A DNA stretch of 64,000 nt from Chrysomallon squamiferum (GCA_012295275.1 CM022677.1:25606001-25670000); one strand, 5' to 3'; shown: positions 1-41,254, numbered from the stretch's first letter. Notes: generated by a model from the sequence alone, not told the origin. A program made the numbers and translations.

Positions 1-1671
1 TATATATATTTGTTTAGATTGATAGAAAAATCATAGACAGTTGTCACTTGATTCTTAAAAAATAAAACCCATTAAAAATATAATTAAAGTCATTTCTGAT
101 GTGGTAAGTATTACATACATAATGGACATATCTTATTTTCCACCTGTATATTTTTCCTTCAGCTTCTTTCAGTAAGACACTGTTAAATCAGTGAATCAGT
201 AAGCTTAATTCTGTATTTACCTGTGTTTACTCCCAATTAATTGACGATTTTATCTTCACCTGTGTTGTCGTAGCAACATGTAAGTTTATTAAGCTGTATT
301 TGCACCTACGCTGATTACTCACCTGTTTCTTGTAAACAAGTTGTTCAGAGTGACAAATGTTATAAAGAATTCTTATTTTAATTATTATTAGTTTATTCTG
401 TGTAAAAATAAAAAATAAATAAAAAAATAAAGGTAAAAAGGTAAAGGTAATAAATAAATATAACAATAAAACGATATTTAAAAAATAAAATTTTAACAAT
501 GATTAGCCAGCTGTTAAAAAAATAATAATAGTGAAGATAATATTAAATAAATATAACAACAAATAAAAAAATTAAAATAATAATAAAAAGAAGTATATAA
601 AAATGTAAATACATTTCTCTTAATTCTTAAAATTTGATCATTTTAAAATCATCGCTGTAATAATTAATCATGTGTGAAAAACAATAATAATAATAATAAT
701 AATAGTAATAATAGTAATAGTAAGTAAATAAATAAATAAATACATATATAACTAATAAAATTTCAAAACTTATAAAATAAAATATTCCAATTGTTTTACA
801 TTTTAATGATTAAAAAATAATTAATAGTATTATTTAGTAATTAATCATCCACACAGTTTAGTCTTATAAGGAGATATAAATACTTCTGAGAGAAAACATT
901 TTAGTTTTTTTATTTCAATTTTGTTTTAATTAATTAATGATTACACTACTTAATAGATTTTACAACCGTGTAAAACTCCAGGCTTTAAATTTAAAAAAAA
1001 AAAAAAAACATTTTAAAGCACAACAATATTGCCACAGATTTAATCAGAAAAGTTAGGGCATTAAGACAAGATGGAGGGGCACCGAAGGAACTTAACTATT
1101 ACCAAATTTTCACTGAAGTCACTGAGATTGCCACAATTCAGTGAGAAACCTCTATGGCCAAAAACTAAACAAAAACTGTGACACTTATTTTTATTTTTAT
1201 TTTTGTTTTTGTTTGTTTGTGTTTTGTTCAGTTGTCCTGTAACATTTCTAGTTCAAAAGTAAACACAAACTAGATACCTAATTAACATGATCCTATTAAT
1301 ATTGACCTTGTTCCATGAACTATTACACAATTATGTAAATATGCAGTCATATGATATATACATATATATGCATATATATATCCATACATACATATATATA
1401 TATATAAACACATACACACATGCATATACATATATATACACATATATATATATATACATAACTATATATATATATATATATATATACATATACACATACA
1501 TATACATATACATACATATATACATACATATATACACATACACACACACAGACACAGATACATACACAAGTATATAATGTAGGTATGTGTGTGTGTGTGA
1601 ATAGAATGTCAGTAGTGTTTTATACTGGTGTGAAAACTGACTACAGTACACATAATTAACATTTGTTTCAG

Positions 1672-27116
<25,445 letters not shown>

Positions 27117-28387
27117 ATTTAAAAAAAAACAAAAACATGAGACCTCAAACTTATAGTAACAATCACACAGGACTTATTTAGGGCTTGGAGTCTTTTTTAT
27201 ATACGTAAATATTTCATCCATGTTTGTGAAATAAAAATGCAGTTCATGTATGTGGGGAAATTTGAAATAGAAAGTGTACTTGGTGTATGTGGAAAAATAA
27301 AATAAAAGTTCTGTTGATAAATGTGGAAAATTAAAATACGTTTTAAAATTAAGAGAAAAGAGAAATGGCTTCTGATTATTATTAATCATGTGCTGAAACT
27401 AATGTAAATTTTTAAATTAATTAATTCAAAAAAATTTAATATAATAATGTTGTGTGATCATTTCTTTTATGTTAAATTTCTGTAAAATAATCTGGACTGA
27501 GAATTTAATAAATAAAAATTAAATTTTAATTAAAGATTTCTATTTTTGCTGTTGTAAGAATGTGGTGAGAGAAATCTGTGACATATTACTTCTTGGATAA
27601 GATCAAAACTTATTTGTGTGTTAAAGAAATAAAAAAACTTTTTATGAAATTTAAATTATAAAGTATTTTCAGGTTTTGTTTTGGTAATAGCATTAAATAC
27701 AGTACGAATAAATATACATTAAAAAAACTAAAAAAAAAAAATATTAAAATTAAAAATATACCCAAGACACAATGATTGAATATGTAAAATTTAAAATAAA
27801 ATCATTTTTAGGTCAAATTCAGAAGGCTTTATTTTTAATTTTTTTTTTTTTTTTTTTTTTTTTGGTTGGGGTGTTAAATACTAAAGAATAATGAGATAAA
27901 TTGAAACAACTTTTACAAAGTATTATCATACATAACATCAGTGACATAATTTTGGATTAATGTTTCATGTTTTACACAATCACATTGTGTTAGATTTGTT
28001 ACCAATTTCAAAATGTTATCACAAAAATCATTTTCTTTAAAGTTTTTACATTCTGTTGTTTTTGTTGTCTTTTTGATTTTAAAAATAAAAATGGTTTATA
28101 GGTTAAACAGGCACACATTAAATATTTAAAAGCACTAATTTTGTTTCAAATTCATTTAAAAATTTAATTAGAAGCTTTTTGTAAATAAATTACTTTTTAA
28201 TTATTTTTATTATTATTACTGTTGTTTTTGCATTTTTTATCCTGTTTTTTAAATAATTGTTCAAGCTTTCATCTTGATTTGTTTAGCTAAAATTGTGCTG
28301 AAATGTTAAACAAGAAAGTAATGTGCTATTTATAATTTATATTTTTGTAAGAAAAGTGTACTGAAATTAAAGAGAAATGTATAAATC

Positions 28388-28418
<31 letters not shown>

Positions 28419-28738
28419 ATAATATTATTATTATTAAATATTAATATTATTTATATTATCATTTCATTTTTATTTTTTTTTTTTTTCTAACAACGTTTAC
28501 CATAGCATAATGTGCTTAAGTGTCAACCAAATGTCTTGATCTCTTTCTTCAACTATGAGTTTATCCTTATACACAGTCTTGCTAATGTGTCTACCCCTTT
28601 TTATACTTTCCTTTCCGTGTATATTTGTTGTTTTGAAATCATTATAAAATATTGGGTTCATTACTTCTTTGTTTGCCTTTGTTTTTTTATTTTTTATTTT
28701 GTTTTAATCTTCTTTGGCAGGGAGAAAGGGTGTTGGTT

Positions 28739-28770
<32 letters not shown>

Positions 28771-29534
28771 TCTTTATTGTGTCACCAACTATTTTTAGAA
28801 TATGAAAATTGATGTACCTGGGCATTATTTGTGAATTTGATTTCTATTAATTATCGAGTCAATTCTGAGATAATAAAATAAAAAAAAATAAAAGGAATGT
28901 TACTTGTACTTTTTTTTTTTTTTTTTTTTTTTTTTATTCAGAAGTTTTTCTGATAAAAAAAAAAATATTATTTTTAAAACATTTTATAACACACATCATT
29001 ATAAAATTAATATTGTATAATAAATTATAGTTTTGTAATCCTGTTCTAGTTTTGTAAATTCCAGAGAGTTATGTTTTCTTTACTAACTCTCCTATTTTAT
29101 GAAAGCATAAAAAAAAAATCTTGTTCAGCATAAAAGAGTATTTTACTATTGAGCTTCATCTTTCTGTCTTTTCTTCACTAATGAATGTTTATAATTTAAA
29201 TGTAGTAATAATAAAATATTGCTTTATTTTGTAAACTTTTGTGTGGAAGTGTGACATTAATAAAAATGTATTCATTATCCATTTTTATTAGTACTATGTT
29301 AGTTTCATTTAGTGGCAGTAGTAATGAAGTAGTAATATTACTATTATGATTATTATTACCAATTTGGTGAAGGGGATTAATTAAAAATAATATTTCACTT
29401 TGTATCAATGAAACAAAACGCACACTTATAATTTTTTTTGTTAATTATTTTTTTCTTTCTTCTTTTCTTTTTTTTTTTTTTTTTTTTTTTTTATTACTAT
29501 CATTTTTTAACATTTATATTTATTTACTCACTGA

Positions 29535-29596
<62 letters not shown>

Positions 29597-30879
29597 CATC
29601 ATCATTATTATTATTATAACAGTTCAACACTTTTTCATTTTAGTTCCTTAATCAATACCATTACAGTATGACTAATTAACAAAAGTCAAAATATTTATGT
29701 ATAGCTATACTAACCTAAATCCAGACTGTAACTTTGATCCAAGTCTTATTTATTAATCTGCCACCAGCTTCAGTGAAAGTTTACAAAATGTGATTACTGC
29801 TGTAGTTGTATAATGTAAGAAATAATTCATGTTGCAGTTTTGAGAACTTTGTAGATTGTGTTTTTTTTATTTCACAGTTTATGTGTTGCTAGGTGCTTCA
29901 TCTGGCAATTCAGCTAAGCTTATATAAGTCTGAAATAAATAAATAAATTTTATAAATATATATATATAATAAAATATGTCTAATTAAAAGTTTAAATGAA
30001 AGAATGTTACTAGTTTCTGATCCTTCTGAAAAGTAAGACCTGAAAAAAACTTCATCGAAACTAAAATAAAATTGAAATTTTGTGTTTTTTGAGAAACCTG
30101 ATATCTGCAATGAGAAGAAAAACAAAATAAACACTTATTTTTATTTTTATTTATTTTTATTTTTGTTTTTATTATTATTTTTTTTTTATTTCTTTCCTTT
30201 TTATCAAATGGGTCTCATTTTTGTCTGTACTGTATTCGTCAAAATTTGTTTTATTTGAATAAGCTGAGAACAAATAACTACTGGTTAAAAATATATTTTA
30301 AAAATGATTTGCTAGTATTTATAAGATAATTATCAATTATGTTATGACAGTTAAAAGTAAAAAACAAAAAAATATAGAAAGAACATTGTGAAATTTAAGA
30401 ACTGTATTTATAAAATAGAAAATAGATTTTTAAGATGTTTACATCATGTCCCAATTTTTTAGAATTATTTTGTACTTGGTAAATTTGTTAACTGAAAATT
30501 TAATAAAAAAATATGTACTGGATAATAAACTGTAAACAAATAATACTGTTGTTTCTTTCATGTTTGTTCTTTTTTTGTTGTTATTATTATATGTTTAATA
30601 TAGTTACTTTAATTGTTTATATATATATATATATATATGAGAGAAGGGGGGTAGAGTAATTAACAAAACCGGTGTAATACAAGAGTTAAAGGAAAAAAAA
30701 AAAAGGGGGGAAAGGTCATATTTTTAGCCCAAAATTCATTTATCTTTACAACAGCAACATTAATAATTTTAACAGCTTCATTTGTAGTTGGTTCACTTGG
30801 ACTAATAAAGAAAGGTAAAACAAATATAAAAACATTCGTGCTGATAAGATATAAACAATTTTATAAATCTAGTTTAATT

Positions 30880-31037
30880 TCGTTTATATCCGAAATCATT
30901 ATATTGTCCGTTCCTTACTTTTGGTCCAGTTCGATTTTTACAGCGACTTCTCGCAAACCATTTCCGGTAGAACTGAAACGAGAGTTTGACTGTACCGCAA
31001 GAAGCGAGAGAAAAACTGTACACAAGCAACCCTCAAA
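30880..31037 (+). promoter_or_regulatory. Likely SEC11 promoter / 5' UTR (CpG-retaining patch, ETS-like TTTCCGG at 30961)
   Basis: Local CpG enrichment immediately upstream of the ATG (caaaATGG context). Confidence 0.55.
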
Positions 31038-32200
31038 ATGGGAGGCCTTCTAGAATTAGAATTGTTCGACGATGTTCGGAGGATGAACAAAAGACAGGTT
31101 AGGTGCCAACAAATAAATTCAAAGCCGGCTGGCGGAAATGTTCTTTCACTTTTGAAAGATGTGCAAAAAAGTGTCTGTGTCGCGTGCTGTTCTAGGGTTC
31201 TAACAATTTTCCCATATGTCGTGTTAAGGATGACGTTGATAATATCATAATAATATATTAAAATAAATAGCCTCTGATTGTGATTAAAAATTTACTGACA
31301 TGTATTTAGATAAATCATTAATAAAAAAAAAAATTTAAAAAAAATTATATAGTAATTTTATTTTAATTAATGGTTTACTTTTATTACATTTCCCGGTATT
31401 TTATTTTAATATGTGTAATGATAAAAAAAAAACCAAGTCATATCATGTTTAAAAATGGGTTGTATGATTAAAATAATGTTGGTGTTATCTCTCTCTTTCG
31501 CATTTACAAACACACACACGCACGCACGCACACACACACACACTTAAAAATACATAAATATACATCAGGTGGCAGAAAAAGTTTGTGTTTTTTCTCAAGA
31601 TGTGCAAAATGTAGTCGAACAACATTACATAGCGATCAGATGTTTTATTCTCCAGAATAGTGTGCATATATTTTTGAAATCTTTCTTCCAAATTGAATTA
31701 AAGCTTAAATATAACTCTCTTATAAAATTCTTTACATTTTGATGAGAAAAAGTTTTGAAGTGCTGACTTGCATAGTTCCTTGACATGCAGACTTCTGTTG
31801 AGCAAGTTGTTGCCTGAGGACAAGACAAAGTAATAATCTGTTGTTGGTATGTCAGAAGAGTCTGGTGGAGGTAGTCTAGGGTAAAAGCTAATTTAGTAGT
31901 AGAAAAGCGAAATGCAGTCACACACTGACCTTCAGGAATACGATTAATGATACCTTTGTGATTAACTATTACAAGATGCTTCTGGGTCACTTTGTGTTTG
32001 CGTTTCTCTACTGTAAACACCCGAATCAGACTATAGTCTGGAGGTGAATAATCTACAGAGTTTCAGTGATGTTGAGTTTGTTTATGAACTGTTTCTTACT
32101 TAAAGTTCAAGAAGTTATCAAACAAGAGTTTCAAAAACTGTACAAACATTTTTGGCCACCTGACATCTGTATCTGTTTATCTATATCTATTTTATCTATT

Positions 32201-32237
<37 letters not shown>

Positions 32238-34622
32238 ATTGAATCTTTTTATTTAGTGTGTGATGTAATAATTATTTGCATTATCCAAACAACATACACA
32301 GATGCATGGTAATAAAATTTATTGTTATTTAATTCTAAATTAATGTACATCGTTGAGTTTTGATGATTTAAAATTAATTCAGTTAAAATCACTGAGTTCA
32401 CTGAGTGAAAGCAGGATACTCAAAAATTGAAGAACATTACACTGAGTTATTTAATAGATAGCACCAGTGGTACAATATGTTGTATTGGTACTTCATGTAC
32501 TTACTTTACTGATGATACTAGCACCATTAGTATCCAAATGATACTTTTACTCTGGTACCAAACTAACTATACTATGAATACTACATTTTTTTATCACATA
32601 ATATTTGTTTTTAATGCTTTCTTTTCATTTTTCCCATCTATTTTTTAAACAACCTTTATTTTATAAACTTTTATTTTATATTTATTTTATAAACTTTTAT
32701 TTTATATTTATTTTATAAAATTTTTATTTCGTTTCTGTTTTATTTAATGAAATAACTGTCTGTTCACAGCTGTACTATCAAGTACTCAATTTTGGGATGA
32801 TCGTAGCCTCAGCACTGATGATATGGAAAGGTTTAATGGTTGTCACAGGAAGTGAGAGTCCCATAGTCGTCGTACTGAGGTAGGATTGTCTCCCTTGACA
32901 GAGAACTCTTTTTATAACTAAGATAACTAAAACAGATCATCAGATTTCAAGATTATGATACTTGCAACTGCTCATAGCAGCCATTGTTAATTATATACTT
33001 ATTTCTGTTCCATTGGTTCTATTTTTATTTTTTATTTTTTTTTTTTTCTGTTGTTGTTCATAGGACATAATTGCAAAATTTCTGATAGTTGATGCTGAAA
33101 AAAAAAAAACCTACAGAAAACTGTTATGTTTTGATCTACAGATACAAATAATTTTCAATTTTTATTCAATTAATTATTTTTCCTATACTGCTATTTATTT
33201 TACGCACATTCCTCTTGCATTTATAACTGTTTCTTTCAAATTTAGATTTATTCTTTATCGTGATATTACTTGCATATTTTTTTGGCTGCAGTTTTATTTA
33301 GTTTTCCTGTCGTGCTGTTTAATTTGCTGTTGTTACTGATGTTTTAAATGTCTGTTTTCTCCAGTGGAAGTATGGAGCCAGCATTTCATCGTGGAGATTT
33401 GCTGTTTCTCACAAATTACCGAGATGAACCCATCCGCGTGGGGGAAATTGTTGTTTTCAAGGTCGAAGGTCGCGACATACCAATAGTCCATCGTGTTCTG
33501 AAAGTCCATGAAAAGTAAGTTTTTAATCTGAGAATCTAGCTTGTTGTCTCTCTGGTTCTCTGTCTCTTTGTGAATGTATATCTCTCTCTCTCTCTGTGTA
33601 TCTGTTGTTTTTCTTATATTTTCTTTTAATAAATTTGTGTTGTGATTTTTTTTTATTCTTTATTTTTTTTTTAAATTACCATTTTGAAACAGATTGTTAC
33701 TTGTGTTTTGTAGGGGTCAGTGGAGATTTTCAGTTTTGTTTTTAAAATTATTTGTCTGTCTCACTTTGCCTGTGTGTATTTATATATCTATCTTTCTTTC
33801 TGTCTGTCTGTCTTTCTGTTGTTTATTTAGTTCTCTTTTTTATTATTATTATTCCATTACTGTTTTTAAAAAATAAAATTATTTTGCTTGAGTTAATAGA
33901 GTATTTCAGTTTTGTTTTACAGCTCATTTGCAATTTTTTTTTGCATTAACATTTAACTGTGTATCAACTTTTAACTTCAAGGAACTTTTTTCTTTAACTA
34001 TTTTTTTTTTATTATTTGATGTATTATAAATAATATTTTTAACTTACATTATTTATATATATTTCCTTTAAACTTTTTGTTATTTGATGTATTATAAATA
34101 ATAATTTTTACTTACATTATTTATATACATTTCCTTTATACTTTTTGTTATTTGATGTATTATAAATAATATATTTTACTTACATTATTTATATATATTT
34201 CCTTTATGTATATATTTTTTTCCATGTATTTCTTTTTGTTATTTCTTAATTTTATTCATTCATTTATTCATTATTATATATATTTTTATTTATTTCTTTT
34301 TCTCAGAGCTAACGGTACAGTTAAATTCTTGACAAAGGGAGACAATAACAGTGTAGATGATCGTGGGTTGTACGCCCCTGGACAGCTGTGGTTGGAGAAG
34401 AAAGATGTTGTAGGAAGAGCTAGAGGGTGAGATATTTCTGTATTCTATTTTTAAACATTGTGTTGTCTTGGCAATGACCTTAGTTAAAGAATTTCCATTG
34501 GCTGAAAACCACATTTGTGTAGACAATTTGTATAGTTCATTGGCATAAAAAGTAAAATGTTGAGTAGTGACAGAATTTTGTGTTTGCTCTTTGGAAATGT
34601 ATTCTGCTACTCTGTATGCATG

Positions 34623-34658
<36 letters not shown>

Positions 34659-35813
34659 GAGAGAGAGTGAAGATTATAAACATTTGTAGAATTCAGGAAT
34701 ATAATAATAAATAAAACAAAATATTTTGATGAATCATGACATTGGCAATTACAAATAGATGTTTAAAAAAAAAAAACTTTATAGATCATCTATAATAGAA
34801 AAGGATGATGATGATGATGATAATAAAATGTATGTCTGTTTCTCTCTGTCCATGTTTGTATGTAGAGAGACAGGTACATTTTTGACATCTGTAGAATTCA
34901 GGAATATAACAATAAGTGAAAAATTAACGATAAAATATGTTTATTGATCATTACATTAGCACTGAAAAATAAATATTAAAAATGAACTGATAATAATAAT
35001 AAATATAATAAATATAATGAAATGTGAAGTATGGTAGTATAAGTAAAAATCTCACTTGCTCTTCCCAGTACTTTTATTTTTTACACAAGTTATTTTAATA
35101 TTATTGTGTTTCAAATTATTACATCATGGCTAAATATTATATGTTAAACAAAACAGAAAAAAACCCAGTGTCTTCCACCTTCCTGGCCATAATCAATAAT
35201 CAATAATCAGTTACTGTTGAAAAAAGATGTAGAAAAACCTCTATTGTTTGATTTTTGATTGTTGAAGTTTATTTCTTTTTTATTTTCAGTTTTGTTCCTT
35301 ATGTAGGAATAGTAACTATACTCATGAACGACTATCCTAAATTTAAGGTGAGTTTGATCTCCATTTAGTACCATCATGCACACACATACACACACATACA
35401 CATGCATGCATGCACACGTCTTGTATATTAAATTTGACAGTATTCAGATAAATTGTTTCGTTATTACTATTAGTACAGTACGTTATCAATTTCTAAGAAA
35501 AGAAATGTTTTATTAATTATTGTTATTATTAGTTGCAGGAATAAAAAAATTTAACTCTTGTAGTCTTGTAACTAAGCCAAAAGTTTAAAAAAAAAAACAA
35601 CATTATTATTGTTATTGTTGTTGTTGTATTTTATTATTTTATTGTTATTTATCTTTTTTTAAATCCTAAAATGTTTTGTTGTTATTGTTGTTGTATTTTA
35701 TTATTGTACTGTTATTTATCTTTTTCTAAATTCTAAATTATTTCATTTATTTTTTTTTCCAGTATGCTATACTAGCATGCCTTGGCTTGTTCGTTCTAAT
35801 ACACCGCGAATGA
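31038..35813 (+). CDS. SEC11: Signal peptidase complex catalytic subunit SEC11 (182 aa; exons 31038-31097, 32770-32879, 33365-33514, 34307-34426, 35290-35347, 35763-35813)
   Basis: Spliced protein has [43 protein letters not shown] (catalytic Ser), DIPIVHRV (His), [28 protein letters not shown]-terminal VLIHRE*; all GT-AG introns, consistent phases. Confidence 0.97.
34012..34207. repeat. 68-bp tandem repeat, 3 copies, in SEC11 intron
   Basis: ttatttgatgtattataaataata...acttacattatttatata at 34012, 34080, 34148. Confidence 0.85.
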
Positions 35814-36351
35814 GAGAAGACGGAGAGAAAGTAGGAAAGGAGGAAATTGCCTTATCACATGTGTTTTAAAAATTGTTCATAATTTAAACTTCCATTGTTT
35901 GACAAGTATTACATTCATTTCAACAGTTTGGTCATTTCATGTTTTGATGTCCCTTGCTTGTTTTATTCAGGGGTTGGATTGGGGTTTTTTTTCAGTGTGT
36001 TAATATCATTAACATTTTTATTCAAATATTGTCAAGTTTTTAAAATTTCCCATTAGTATGAAGCGTTAAAGAATTAAAATAGTTTGAATTTATTTGATTT
36101 GATTTCTTAACCTTAAAAAAAATGTATATTTGTATTATTATTATTATTATTATCTTGTAGTTTTACCCACATTTTTTTTTCTTATTTTTTTTTCTTTTTC
36201 TTTTTATTTTTTTTTTTTTTTAAATCAGGAAAAATAAAAATTTGTTGTATATTTGCAGACATTATTTGAATTCTGAATAAAGAAAGACATTTGATCATCA
36301 GAAGTAAAATTTGTTACTTTCATTTTGCATGTTTCTTCAATTTTTTCTATT

Positions 36352-36396
<45 letters not shown>

Positions 36397-38978
36397 TATT
36401 ATTATTCATTATTATTATTATTATTATATAATACTAACATCCCTAAAACAATTACAAGATTTATTTCAAATTTATTAGTTGATGTAGATTTGTTTCAGTG
36501 ACAAATAACTAGGTGCTATAATAGTAGTTAATGACATCTCAGAAATTATTTACAAACACTGTGATAGAAGAGTCATTTTTATTTTTTTATTCAAGAAACA
36601 TTTGTAATTTTATTTTAACAGAAGTTAGACAAGTTTAATCTTGGTTCATTCTAATTGTTTTTTTTTTATTTAATTTGTTTTTTTTAATCTAGAAACACTT
36701 AGATTTATAATTTAATTTTAACAACAAAAAAAAATTCTTATAATCTTCTTTTTTTATTTTTTTTTTTATTTTTTTTAATATAATAGAAAGAAAAATAATT
36801 AAACAAAGATGTAGTATTTATCCACTAAATGTATTTTGTATACAGTTTTCCAAGAAAACTAATTTAAATTAAATTTCTCACATTGTTTGTGAGGGAGCAA
36901 AAAAACTGAATTAAATAATATTATTCTAATTGCTGTTGTAGCATTTTTAAGTTTTGGGAGAAAAACAAAAAAATCAAAGCCAAATAAAAAATTCATGGAT
37001 AATATTTTTTGTAATTTTATTGATTTTAAGTTTATTTTAATAAATGAAAATTTGGAAGAATTAAAATGAAAATATTGTTTTCTTTCACATTCTTATCAGC
37101 TTTATTTTATGAAAAAAGTGATTGACATTAATTAACATGTCCATGTGCTTCATAAAGTCACATATATACTTATACACATACAGAAACACACAAATTAAAA
37201 ATGATTGCAAATACCTACATACACAAAATTAGATAATTCAATAACAGAGATTGTTGTTTCTATTTTGCATAAAATTTGAAGGTTACATTTGTTTTCAGCT
37301 TTTGAATGAAGAAATATTTCATTATCATACATTTCAATATGTAAAGTTATTAAATGCTTGATTTAAGATAACATAAAAAGAAAAGGTTATTTTTTTTAAT
37401 TATTAGTAGTAGTAGTTATTTATTTTTTAGTGTTTTGTTTATATTTTTATTTTTTATTTTATTATTTTTTAACATTAGGTGAATGTGTGAATTTGATAAG
37501 CAGAAAATGTGTTTACAAATAGAAATTTGTTTACTAACAAGATGAATAAAATAATTTTTAAAAAAAAGTAAATTACTTATTTACTCATTTCATTTGTATG
37601 TACTAATATTAATAATAATAACAACCATAACAATAATATATACATAGTCATAAATAAAGTTATATTTAAAATTTAATTTCAGGTGTGTATTTTGCCAGTA
37701 TTAATATTTTAGATTGGTTACTGGTTACAAGATCTCATTTGTCAACTGGTACATGATAAAATTTAATGCTTTTTGCACTATTTTCTTATTTCACATTATT
37801 AAATACATTTTTAAATACTCGGTTTTAATTCCCAATTTTCAACTTGTAAAAAACGTGTGGTTAAATATTTTTACAAAACTTCATTATGACATCAATACAT
37901 TATTAACATTTGTTTTATTTTAATGTTTAAATTCTGACTTTTTTTTTTTTTTTTTTTTTTTACCAGTAATTAAACATCGAAAAATTCTTTAAAAAGACCC
38001 CACAAACCCAATTCCAGTAATTTTGAAATATTTTACAAAGCAAAACAACATCAACAGATTTTTAATTTGTGTAAAATTTGAACTTCTTTGTTAATAGTTT
38101 AATTACATGAAAATGTTATCTGAATATAAAATGAAAATAATAAACTAGTATTAAATTTATTGTATGGTTTGAGTTTGAATGAAAATGTAAAATTTTATTT
38201 ACTGAAATTTGAGAATGTTCTTCATTAATGGAGCATGAAACCCAAGAAATAAATTCCTAGAAAATGAATATTACATATTAATAATGAAAGTGGTGCTCTT
38301 GTGATTTTGTTTGATTTTTTTCACACAAAGATGCATGCACATACAAACACAAAGAAAAGTTGCACTGATATATAAATGATTTGACAAGTGAAATCTTTTG
38401 TGTAACAGAATGTAAGATGCATATACACACTCCATTTCATTTATTTCTTTTATATATTTCTTTTTTTTTTTTAATACTACTAAACTATTTGTTTTCTATA
38501 TATTTATTTAATTAGTTAATTTGTTAGTTATTTTTATTTATTTTTTTTCATATAAATTAAATAATTTTACATGTAACAACAGCCATGACTACATAAATTG
38601 AAACAAGACAAAAAAAAAAAAAAATCACTCTTAATTTATTGTCTTATAAAATAAAACATTTCATTTATTTACTTATAATCAAAACAGAGGAAAATTAATC
38701 ATGGTGCATAGGTTTGTGTTTCTGTATTATGTACACATAAAACAATACAGTTACGTTTTTGAAAGAATATATTGGTTGTGTTAAGGTTTGTACCTTCAAG
38801 ATTAATAAATGTGTGGAGAAAATAAAGAGTTTTTGAAGTTATCGTGTATTTTTGTTTGTGTTTTTATATTGCATACTGTAACAAGCATAATTCATAACAG
38901 TCAGGATTTGTTTCATTATTTTAAAATAAATATTTCAAACATGCTTTGTTAGCAGTAGCAGTGATGGTGGTTGTATCA

Positions 38979-39025
<47 letters not shown>

Positions 39026-39839
39026 TGGTTTTGGTAGCAGTAATATTTTATTAATGATACTGGTAATAGAGGTGGTGATGTTACCTTTGTTGTTTTTGTT
39101 ATTATTTTTATTTGTAGCATCAGTAGTAATAGTAGTAGTAGTAGCAGCAGCTGTAAAAATAGAAGAGTAGTAGCAGTAATAATATAACACGTAGTAGTAG
39201 TAGTAGTAGTAGTAGTAGCAACAACAACAGTAGTGATAATAATATTATTATATACATAGCCAATCTCCATATAATACACAATTTTGTCTATTTTGATAAA
39301 TTGCCAGTCATAAAATATATAATGAGCCTTTGATAAACAAACCTCAAGGTTTAAAATGTCTGATACCAATTCTTTAACAGCCTGTTTTCTTCGTGTCCTT
39401 TTAATCTGTAAACAAAATGAAACATGGCTTCAGAGTTAAATCCTCACGGAAAACAGAAACAAAAGTTAACGTAAATTCGTCAAACGTTTTGTTAATTTTA
39501 GCACGCAATAAGAAAAACCGGGAGAAGTCACGGACGACGTGAAAGATAATGACGTCATAATACAATGACGTATTAGTAGCGAAGCTGTACATTAATGAAT
39601 ATAAAGGTAAGTTATAGCCGAACACAAAAGAAAATTACTAATCACAAATGTAGTAGTAGTATGAGTAGTAGCAGTAGTAGTAGGAGTAGTAGCAGTAGTA
39701 GCAGTAGTAGTAGTAGCAGTAGTAGTAGTAATAGTAATAGTAATAACAGCAGCAGTGGTAGTAGTAAAAGGTAATACTAGTAGTACTAATAGTAGTAATA
39801 ATAATAGCTGTACTAGTATTTGCTTGTAATAGAAGTAGT

Positions 39840-39965
39840 TGTAATAGTAGTAGTGGTATAAGTAGTAGTAATAGTAGTAGTGGTATAAGTAGTAGTAATA
39901 GTAGTAGTGGTATAAGTAGTAGTAATAGTAGTAGTGGTATAAGTAGTAGTAATAATAGTAGTGGT
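39840..39965. repeat. 27-bp tandem repeat (gtaatagtagtagtggtataagtagta), 4-5 copies, within a (TAG)n region
   Basis: Direct reading. Confidence 0.85.
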
Positions 39966-41254
39966 AGAAATAGTAATAATACTGGTAGTAACATCATTAA
40001 TAGTAGACATAGTAGAGGCAGCAGTATTAGTTGAAGTTTAGTAATAGTAGTTACCGTGGTAGTAGTAGTAGTAGTAGTAACATAAGAAGGTTTCGAAACT
40101 CAAATGTTTTCTCTAAATCGTAAGTTAAATAAATCGAGTTCAGTTTCTCGTTTTCCAAACTGAAGAAACTGACGGAATTTGTAATTACAGAAGCGGTGTT
40201 ATCTTCAAATCGTAATTTCTTAGGTTTATTTTATTTTATTTATTTTTAAATAAAATTGTTGGCAAAAATCACGTGATTCGACCTCCCCCCACACACACAC
40301 GCACACACGATTCTCTCTTGTCTTTGAGAAAAAGGTTTCATTTAAATGTAAATGACAGTATAAATTTATGTCAGCATTTTTTCTTTCTTTCTTTTCGTTA
40401 TTTATTTCAGATATTTTTTTTTCTTTTTCTATTTTTTTTTTTTTTTTTCTTCTTTATTTTAAAAAAAAAGAAAAAAATCTGCACTGCACAACAACTGTCA
40501 TCCGGTTGCATAAATTCAATCTGACATTAAAAAAAAAAGAAAAAAAAAAAGAAAATGAAAAAGGAAGTGTTTCCCCAAACACACGCATGCCTGTCACGAA
40601 CAAGGGAGATAACCTAAGACGGTAAGAATCCCCTTAATGCAGATAAAAAAAAAAAAAAAAATTTTTATCTTGAAATACGATTTAGATGAGAAAAAAATAA
40701 AATAAAAGATGCCAATCGTTCGCTTAGAAAATAATGACCAAAGTTAATATTCATAAAAATAATAATAAATAAATTAAATATTCAACCTTTAATTTTTGAA
40801 TAGAAAATGTATAAATACATTAATTTTCGGTTATGATTCAAAACCTAGATCCAGGCCTACTAATTAAAATTCGTTTAAATTTTAGAGAAAGTTTGAAATT
40901 AATGAAATCTGTCTTTTCTGATAATGTTTCAGTCCTGCTTTGGAAAGAAAAAACTCGTAAATCCTAAAAATGTACAAAATAAATAAATAAACAGCTGGTC
41001 ATATGGATTGAAATGTCATTAATCGGTGAAACAGAGACATATTTTTTTTTTCGATAGAAATCTTATAACTGTTTAACCAATATCTGGTAATGATTTATCC
41101 AGCTTTCTTACATGTACAAAATCTTGAAATCCTCCAAAAATGAGTTTAACGAAATTTAACAAAACTTCTTTTACTAGATTTTGCCAGAAGAAAAAAGCAA
41201 TTGTTTCTCCATTGCCGTTAGTTAATATTTTTTGCATTAATTTTTCACTCTTTG

